A stretch of DNA of 33,253 bases from a virus, in the IMG/VR virus record IMGVR_UViG_3300010287_000002; one strand, 5' to 3'. A program made the position numbers and the translations under genes. Positions 16,274-21,958 of the stretch are shown here, piece by piece. Under the pieces are notes generated by a model that saw nothing but the letters and a program-made list of their open reading frames with translations, searched no databases and was not told the origin of the DNA. Position 1 is the first letter of the stretch, and each line of letters starts with the position of its first letter.

Positions 16274-17053
16274 ATGAAGAAGACGATTTTAATTCTAATA
16301 GCTTTCTTGGTCGTGCTGTCAATGTTGCCTGCAACCTCTTTTGCCGGCTCATCCACACCACTTCAGGTCGAGATTAATTCTATTGACTGTAAGGCAATTA
16401 AGGATAAGTTAGTGGGAATAATGATTAGGAATGGGTATAGAATTTCCAAAGATACTGAATACCAATTATGTTTCGACAAAGAAAGCGATAATATTGTATT
16501 TAATGTGTTTTATGCCAACCCTAACACATTACAAAATCCTGCTTTAAGATTACAATTCGACATTGCCCCAGAATCAGATAAAACTCTCGTTGTCGCCACA
16601 GCCTTTATTGTAACGCATTCCTTCATCGGTGAGGAAGTGCCACAAAATATAACTGGTACTATGTCCAAAGATAATTATATCGCTGTGAAGGATATCCTTT
16701 TTAAAGTGAAAAGTGCTGTAGATGGCACTCCATATGAAGAGCTTGTGGAAGAATTCAAACCTGTTATGGCAAAAGATAGTATTGCCGAGAAGCCAAAAGT
16801 TGCAAAATCTGGAATTGTATCAATTGACAAAGATGGTCATATCGTCGAGATCGAAGACGAAAGTATCGCCAAGGCTGCTGGATTACAGGAAGGGGATATA
16901 ATACTTGAAGTTAATTTAAGTCCTTTCGATCCAAACAAAGTGGATTGCTTAGCTGAGATAGACAATAAATTAAATTCCAGCACTTCGGTTGCAATCACAT
17001 TCCAGAGAGGGGGAAAGAAAGATATCGCAATCCTGAAAAAAGGAGGTATCTGA
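16274..17053 (+). CDS. Secreted protein with C-terminal PDZ-like domain
   Basis: Signal peptide MKKTILILIAFLVVLSMLPATSFA. C-terminal IAKAAGLQEGDIILEVN...VAITFQRGGK is PDZ-like. Confidence 0.65.
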   Translation: MKKTILILIAFLVVLSMLPATSFAGSSTPLQVEINSIDCKAIKDKLVGIMIRNGYRISKDTEYQLCFDKESDNIVFNVFYANPNTLQNPALRLQFDIAPESDKTLVVATAFIVTHSFIGEEVPQNITGTMSKDNYIAVKDILFKVKSAVDGTPYEELVEEFKPVMAKDSIAEKPKVAKSGIVSIDKDGHIVEIEDESIAKAAGLQEGDIILEVNLSPFDPNKVDCLAEIDNKLNSSTSVAITFQRGGKKDIAILKKGGI

Positions 17054-17054
17054 G

Positions 17055-17558
17055 GTGCCCAAATTTCGGTGCCCAAACTGCGGCGAAGAGGTATCCACTT
17101 TTGTGCGGATGTGCCCCGGATGTGGGCGCGAATTCGACAGACACGAGATAAAGGAGCTTATGGCCAAGCAAGGAAAGCCAAACAACAAGGCGCAATACAG
17201 CGGATATGTAGCATTGGCGTTTGTCGGAATCATACTGTATTTGGTATTCGCCCAATTTTTTGGAAACGACTCCTCAAGTTCGAAAAGGCCCAAAGAAGAC
17301 GTCAGTGATGCACTTACCGCATTCGTAATGTCCCAAGAATTCGTTGAGGAAAAGTTGGTAGCACCCAGAACGGCCAAATTTCCGCATTTCGATCCGTCCA
17401 TGGCAACCCAAGTCGACAAGAACACCTGGATCATAAACTCATATGTGGACAGTCAGAACAGATTCGGGGCCTTGGTTAGAACGAAGTATCGCGCAAAGAT
17501 GCAATACATCGGCAACAATCAATGGGAAATTTTGGATCTCAATTTTTCAGATTGGTAA
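17055..17558 (+). CDS. Zinc-ribbon membrane protein with extracytoplasmic domain
   Basis: GTG start 2 nt after the upstream stop, behind a GGAGG. CPNCGEEV...CPGCG ribbon, TM YVALAFVGIILYLVFAQFF, and an about 90-aa ectodomain with SYVDSQNRFGALVRTKY. Confidence 0.65.
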   Translation: MPKFRCPNCGEEVSTFVRMCPGCGREFDRHEIKELMAKQGKPNNKAQYSGYVALAFVGIILYLVFAQFFGNDSSSSKRPKEDVSDALTAFVMSQEFVEEKLVAPRTAKFPHFDPSMATQVDKNTWIINSYVDSQNRFGALVRTKYRAKMQYIGNNQWEILDLNFSDW

Positions 17559-17637
17559 TTATTGTATTAGCAAAAAGCAAGTGAGTAACTGTGAAAAGGC
17601 GGATTAGAAAGTTTATCCCTATAGACAATGACAAAAA

Positions 17638-17676
17638 GCCTGGTGGATTTAATCTCCAGGCCTTAATTTTGTTTTG
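17638..17676 (+). terminator. Intrinsic terminator closing the lysogeny-side cassette
   Basis: GCCTGG-tggatttaatct-CCAGGC followed by cttaATTTTGTTTTG. Confidence 0.5.
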
Positions 17677-17703
17677 TATAATCTTGTTCAGTCGTTTCGT
17701 TTA

Positions 17704-17727
17704 TGGTGGACTGGATGATGGAACTAA
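17704..17727. repeat. TGGTGGACTGGA plus degenerate adjacent copy (candidate integrase arm-type site, left)
   Basis: An exact 12-mer at 17704..17715, followed by TGATGGAACTAA (7/12 match). Confidence 0.6.
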
Positions 17728-17777
17728 TTTTTTACCCTTTCGAAAACCCTTGTTATATTTAATAACTTTTAAAAAAA

Positions 17778-17793
17778 TGGTGGAGGCGGGGTC
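17778..17793. other. TGGTGGAGGCGGGGTC: candidate attP core or a fourth TGGTGGA site
   Basis: Shares TGGTGGA with the arm repeats. Its reverse complement, GACCCCGCCTCCACCA, looks like the last 16 nt of a tRNA/tmRNA (T-stem end, acceptor strand, ACCA). Confidence 0.3.
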
Positions 17794-17922
17794 TACCATA
17801 GTCACGTCTCTTGTTGTATCATCTAGTTTTACAATGCATGAAGAATGCGGTGTTTTCAGGCCTTCAAGTATTCCACACATTATTATCCTGTATTATTTTT
17901 GATTATTCAATTATAATGTTTT

Positions 17923-17946
17923 TGGTGGACTGGATGGTGGACTGGA
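17923..17946. repeat. Perfect tandem TGGTGGACTGGA x2 (candidate integrase arm-type sites, right)
   Basis: 17923..17934 and 17935..17946, 40 nt upstream of the int ATG and just downstream of a perfect TATAAT (17912..17917). Confidence 0.6.
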
Positions 17947-17985
17947 TTTTAGCTTGAATTGGCCGTATGTAATAGGAGGATTGAA

Positions 17986-19212
17986 ATGCCTAAAAAAGCA
18001 CCGGAAATGTCGGCTCTTCAGGTCAGAAAGATCACGGAAAAGGGGAAATACGCCGTTGGAGGCGTGACAGGCCTAATGCTTTTCGTGCGAGAAACGGGCA
18101 CCAAGTCATGGGTGTTGCGCATGAATATCGGCGGCCGTCGGCGTGAGATAGGCCTAGGTGGGTATCCCGATGTATCACTTACGATGGCGCGAGAAAAGGC
18201 TCGCGGAATACGAGAAATGGCCAGTAATGGGATCGATCCCATTGCCGAAAGAGAGAAGCGAAGACGTGAGTTGTCTGCTAAGCGCTCTATCACTTTTGAA
18301 GAAGCCGCGAGGTTGTGCCACGAGAAGAAAATTGTCGAATTTAGAAACAAGAAGCATGCACAAGACTGGATATCGTCGGTAGAGCGATATGCCTTCCCCG
18401 AAATCGGCAAAATGTCAGTTTCAGATGTCGATCTCAAAGACATCTTGACCATACTCGAACCAATTTGGACAACTAAGACCGAAACGGCTACAAGGCTCAG
18501 ACAACGCATTGAATACATACTTAATTGGGCAACTGTGAGCGGATATCGGGAAGGGGTAAACCCAGCACGCTGGAAAGGCCATCTTGATGCAATTCTGCCC
18601 AAGCCTTCGAAGCTGAAGAAGGTTGAGCACTTCAAAGCCCTGTCATGGAAAGACCTACCTACATTCATGGAGCGATTGCGGAAGCGTCAGGGCATAGCAG
18701 CACGTGCACTGGAATTTTTGATCCTCACTGCCACCCGTTCCGGAGAGGTACGCTTTGCGACATGGAACGAGATCAACTTCAATGATCGCATCTGGGTTAT
18801 ACCGGCAACGCGCACGAAAACGGCGAGAGAGCATGTGGTACCTCTATCAAGCTATGCTATTGAGGTACTGACTTCAGTCCGAGATGCCGGCGATTTGCCG
18901 TTCATCTTTACAGCTACCTCCGGCAGGCCCCTGTCTGACATGAGCATGGCAGCGGTATGTAAGCGCATGAAGACGGACGTGGTCCCCCACGGATTTCGTT
19001 CGACGTTCAGGGATTGGTGTGCCGAATCAACGAACTTCCCACGCGAGGTTGCGGAAATGGCGCTTTCCCACTCCATTGGTAACAGCGTGGAGGCCGCATA
19101 TCGTCGTGGAGACCTGTTGGAGAAGCGCCGCCGCTTGATGGACGCATGGGCGGACTACTGCAGACACACAAAGATGAATAACAATGTAGTGCCGATAGGC
19201 AAAGCCCTGTAA
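17986..19212 (+). CDS. int: Tyrosine integrase, P4/CP4-57 type (DUF4102 arm-binding N-domain)
   Basis: GKYAVGGVTGLMLFVRETGTKSWVLRMNIGGRRREIGLGGYPDVSLTMAREKA is the DUF4102 arm-binding domain. Catalytic residues in TATRSGEV, HGFRSTFRDW and the C-terminal HS...AYRRGD. Start set at the ATG behind TAGGAGG. Confidence 0.9.
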   Translation: MPKKAPEMSALQVRKITEKGKYAVGGVTGLMLFVRETGTKSWVLRMNIGGRRREIGLGGYPDVSLTMAREKARGIREMASNGIDPIAEREKRRRELSAKRSITFEEAARLCHEKKIVEFRNKKHAQDWISSVERYAFPEIGKMSVSDVDLKDILTILEPIWTTKTETATRLRQRIEYILNWATVSGYREGVNPARWKGHLDAILPKPSKLKKVEHFKALSWKDLPTFMERLRKRQGIAARALEFLILTATRSGEVRFATWNEINFNDRIWVIPATRTKTAREHVVPLSSYAIEVLTSVRDAGDLPFIFTATSGRPLSDMSMAAVCKRMKTDVVPHGFRSTFRDWCAESTNFPREVAEMALSHSIGNSVEAAYRRGDLLEKRRRLMDAWADYCRHTKMNNNVVPIGKAL

Positions 19213-19234
19213 AAGCGCATGGTTATGGGAATTA

Positions 19235-19275
19235 CATGGGCCTCCAGGATGGCCTAGGAGGCTCATGTTTCTTTA
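19235..19275 (+). terminator. Intrinsic terminator after int
   Basis: CATGGGCCTCC ... GGAGGCTCATG: an 11-bp stem with one G-U pair, followed by TTTCTTTAT. Confidence 0.55.
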
Positions 19276-19335
19276 TAAAGAATATTTCTATTGTCAGGGT
19301 CTTTTTTGATCTGTCCTAGAGGCTTCTGAATGGCA

Positions 19336-19443
19336 CTATTTTTTAATGGATTTCAACAATTTCTTTATTTTGCCGGTTCTCCCTAGATATACTATCCCGG
19401 CGAAAGCACACAAAGCTATTATTATTGCAAGCCAGTCTGGCAT
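19336..19443 (-). CDS. 35-aa single-TM peptide (below the ORF-track cutoff)
   Basis: Translated by hand: MPDWLAIIIALCAFAGIVYLGRTGKIKKLLKSIKK. AAAGGAGGTGA SD 4 nt before the ATG, which lies 17 nt downstream of the preceding stop. Last ORF of the lysis operon. Confidence 0.35.
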   Translation of the reverse strand: MPDWLAIIIALCAFAGIVYLGRTGKIKKLLKSIKK

Positions 19444-19460
19444 GCTGTCACCTCCTTTAC

Positions 19461-19922
19461 TTAATCAGCAATCAATACACCAAAACCGAGGCCAATGATG
19501 GCCCAAATGACACTGCCGTCTCTACGTCCCTTTTTATATGCCTGTTTTGTTGCTACATTCACCTCCTCCTCAAGCTGCTGCAAGGTTTTTGCCATCTCTC
19601 CCTCAGTCCATAATTTCATTTCCGCTAGCTGCTCCTCTAATGAAGATATTTGCCCACGTATCGCTTGCAGTTCTTGATGCTCTGCCATGGCCCCGGTCAT
19701 TACTGTTCGTCCCCAGTCCCATGGGGCAGCCAAAAGCGGTTGCTCCACCACATAACCCGGCTCCAGGCGTTTCCAATATTTAGTCCACTGACTGAGCTCG
19801 TTCGACCATGCGATCTGAATAAGCGTTGAGCTCGTCAAGAAAAGCATCATCACCAATAATGAGAGTCTTTTTAACGTATTCATCACCCTTTTTTTTCGCC
19901 TCCACAGGAATTGCCTTAACAT
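19461..19922 (-). CDS. Signal/TM plus coiled-coil plus C-terminal TM protein (lysis accessory?)
   Basis: N-terminal KRLSLLVMMLFLTSSTLIQIAW, coiled-coil ELQAIRGQISSLEEQLAEMK, C-terminal VIWAIIGLGFGVLIAD. No cysteine. Start uncertain (19922, 19883 or 19700). Confidence 0.45.
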   Translation of the reverse strand: MLRQFLWRRKKRVMNTLKRLSLLVMMLFLTSSTLIQIAWSNELSQWTKYWKRLEPGYVVEQPLLAAPWDWGRTVMTGAMAEHQELQAIRGQISSLEEQLAEMKLWTEGEMAKTLQQLEEEVNVATKQAYKKGRRDGSVIWAIIGLGFGVLIAD

Positions 19923-20115
19923 CAGTTTCTATCTTCTCGATCCTTTTCGTCGCTTCCTTTTGTGTTTGCTCAAGTTTCTGTCCTATTTGCATATCCGTCG
20001 TAATGCGGTTTCTACATGAGATCCACAGGCCGCATAAAATTACTATGATCAAGATAACCCAGATAAGCGCCGATTTACGAAATTTATTCGCTATCTTTGG
20101 TTCTTCCGATTTCAT
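19780..20115 (-). CDS. N-terminal TM plus coiled-coil protein (i-spanin-like topology)
   Basis: 111 aa. ALIWVILIIVILCGLWISC, then a charged helical region QKLEQTQKEATKRIEKIETDVK. Confidence 0.5.
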   Translation of the reverse strand: MKSEEPKIANKFRKSALIWVILIIVILCGLWISCRNRITTDMQIGQKLEQTQKEATKRIEKIETDVKAIPVEAKKKGDEYVKKTLIIGDDAFLDELNAYSDRMVERAQSVD

Positions 20116-20356
20116 GTTTCATCGCTTCCTTTCCGACATTCACTCTATGCTCGTATGCGCTCTTAGCAAAATATCCCAGCACGATGCTGGACCCAAGCCA
20201 TTTAACAAGATCAGCGGCATTGTCCGAAAGCTTACACTGAGAAACAAGATCAATCACAATGAGCATGCAAACAAATACCGTAAAACACAGGACAATTAAT
20301 TTGGTTAACGGCAAGTTCCGTATTCTGTCCGACATGCTCGCTTTCAATTTGACCAC
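20084..20356 (-). CDS. Putative holin (two TM segments, charged C-terminus)
   Basis: LIVLCFTVFVCMLIVIDLV and LVKWLGSSIVLGYFAKSAY, tail KEAMKHEIGRTKDSE. Located in the lysis cassette. Confidence 0.55.
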   Translation of the reverse strand: MVKLKASMSDRIRNLPLTKLIVLCFTVFVCMLIVIDLVSQCKLSDNAADLVKWLGSSIVLGYFAKSAYEHRVNVGKEAMKHEIGRTKDSE

Positions 20357-20739
20357 ACCTTCAGCAACACACTTACGATGCTCGCCACGGCTCCGCCTAT
20401 TCCTCCTGCAGCAAGTACAATCTTTATTAGGATCTTCGTGCTGGCGCTTGTCTGTGCGCCTTCAACGCCAATGCCCCACAGGCGCTCGGGTACGCCATTG
20501 AACCTGCCCTTTATTTCCCTTACGTCCCCCTCTATGGCTCCTATGCGCCGCGAGTGGTCGTCCAGGACCCGTTCGTGCTTGAGGCAAAGCTCCTTCCGCT
20601 CACCAAGCTGTATTTCCATCGTCGTCAGCCTGTCATAGACTCTTCCGATCGCTTTCTGATTTTCGTCAATGTATTTCTCTACCGTCTCTTTGAGGTCCGA
20701 TATGGCATCCCACAAATACTCCATTTCACCCTGCGTCAA
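20344..20739 (-). CDS. XhlA-like coiled-coil protein with C-terminal TM anchor
   Basis: 131 aa. Long helical N-part, C-terminal ILIKIVLAAGGIGGAVASIVSVLLKVW. ATGA-coupled to the amidase gene. Confidence 0.45.
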   Translation of the reverse strand: MTQGEMEYLWDAISDLKETVEKYIDENQKAIGRVYDRLTTMEIQLGERKELCLKHERVLDDHSRRIGAIEGDVREIKGRFNGVPERLWGIGVEGAQTSASTKILIKIVLAAGGIGGAVASIVSVLLKVWSN

Positions 20740-21302
20740 CTTTGACCCACCTCAGCAAAAAACTTATCGATGCCCCTTACTATCGCCCCCGCAGCACTGT
20801 CCTGCCATTCAGGATCGGCCAAGAGCATCGCCTCTTTCTGGTTAGTTATAAATCCAAGTTCTATCAGTACAGCAGGCATCCTTGTCTTCATTAACACAAT
20901 GAAGCCTGCCTCCTTATCTATATCGCCATCGGACCAGTCTGCTCGTATAGTTTGGTTTGGGAAAACCTTTCCCCACTCTTGAGCGATCATGGTTGCCAGG
21001 CGGTCGGCTCTGGTATTACCCAGGCTTGTCCAGATTTCCCAACCGTGGGCCGTATCGTTGCTCGCCGCGTTACAGTGTATGGATATGAAAGCATCGGCTC
21101 CCCATGCATTTGCCATAGCAGCCCGTTGAGCGAGCCCAACAAAAATGTCCTCCGTTCGCGTTAGGAGGACATTGTGTTTAGTCTCTAGTTTACCTTTGAT
21201 CTTCAGCGCTATCCCAAGATTTATATCCTTTTCCTTTTTTCCTAGCTTGCCTATTGCGCCTGGATCCCTACCACCATGGCCTGGATCAATGCATATTTTC
21301 AA
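20736..21302 (-). CDS. N-acetylmuramoyl-L-alanine amidase endolysin (Amidase_3), single domain
   Basis: MKICIDPGHGGRDPGA...AFISIHCNA...VLIELGFITN is the Amidase_3 core. No wall-binding domain and no signal peptide. Confidence 0.9.
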   Translation of the reverse strand: MKICIDPGHGGRDPGAIGKLGKKEKDINLGIALKIKGKLETKHNVLLTRTEDIFVGLAQRAAMANAWGADAFISIHCNAASNDTAHGWEIWTSLGNTRADRLATMIAQEWGKVFPNQTIRADWSDGDIDKEAGFIVLMKTRMPAVLIELGFITNQKEAMLLADPEWQDSAAGAIVRGIDKFFAEVGQS

Positions 21303-21322
21303 CCAAATTCACCTTCCTTCGG

Positions 21323-21958
21323 TTAGACAAAAGCAATCGACTTCCAGGAGCCCCACGCACCTGTCTCGCACCATCTGACCCAAATGCCGTTTTGTCCTCC
21401 CTGTGAACTACCGAAGTCAAAAATGACCTGAACGACAAACGTTGGATCGTGTTGTATGACCATGCAATACTGCCAATATCCACTCCCGTCTGGCTTATTC
21501 AGCATGCCCGTGCCGCGGTAAAATCCGGTATCTAGCACCATATTCCAGTCGTATAGCCCGCTCATGTCTTCAGCCTTTGTCCCAAGCAACGATGCAACCT
21601 TTGTAACGTCGTCCCCAATTCTTACTACCTCTTTCACCCCAGCGGGGTATATTTTTACGCTCTGTCCAGAATCAGATGCTTTGACGATCAATATGCAATT
21701 GCTGTCGTTTATTATGTTGAACGTTCTTTGATCTCCGACCAAGGAAAGATCCAAAGATATGGGAGAAGTCCCACTTCCATATGCTTTAATCGTATTGTAC
21801 GTATCACTTGCTGGCATTTGTACGTCCCCGTTGGCTACGTCAAAGGCATAATACCCACACGCGCCTTTTTCTAACTTGAGGATTGCTTCGTTGACAGGCA
21901 CGTGCGCCTGTGCCTGCGCTTGCTCCAGTAAAAGAAGATCAAATATCAAACTCCTCAC
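21323..21958 (-). CDS. Tail fibre / receptor-binding protein (DUF2793-like N-terminus, knob-like C-terminus)
   Basis: GTG start 6 nt after GGAGGTG. The N-terminal QAQAQAHVPVNEAILKLE resembles the QAQKHVTxNEAL motif of DUF2793. C-terminal WVRWCETGAWGSWKSI is knob-like. Confidence 0.5.
   Translation of the reverse strand: MRSLIFDLLLLEQAQAQAHVPVNEAILKLEKGACGYYAFDVANGDVQMPASDTYNTIKAYGSGTSPISLDLSLVGDQRTFNIINDSNCILIVKASDSGQSVKIYPAGVKEVVRIGDDVTKVASLLGTKAEDMSGLYDWNMVLDTGFYRGTGMLNKPDGSGYWQYCMVIQHDPTFVVQVIFDFGSSQGGQNGIWVRWCETGAWGSWKSIAFV

Noticed and set aside
16970-17434. 154-aa and 86-aa minus-strand ORFs opposite the zinc-ribbon gene
   Set aside because: Antisense to a gene with a clear SD, zinc ribbon and TM. 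No independent support.
17778-17793. Possible tRNA gene
   Set aside because: Only about 16 nt resemble the complement of a tRNA 3' end. No T-loop, anticodon arm or D-arm can be drawn, so it is at most an att core fragment.
17591-17902. 103-aa plus-strand ORF between the cassette and int
   Set aside because: It has a GTG start without an SD. It runs straight through the terminator hairpin at 17638..17661 and the TGGTGGA repeat region. The translation is low-complexity and AT-rich. I interpret the region as non-coding attP/terminator DNA.
18018-18668. 216-aa minus-strand ORF antisense to the integrase
   Set aside because: It lies entirely within a confidently identified integrase gene. It has no SD and no recognisable motifs.
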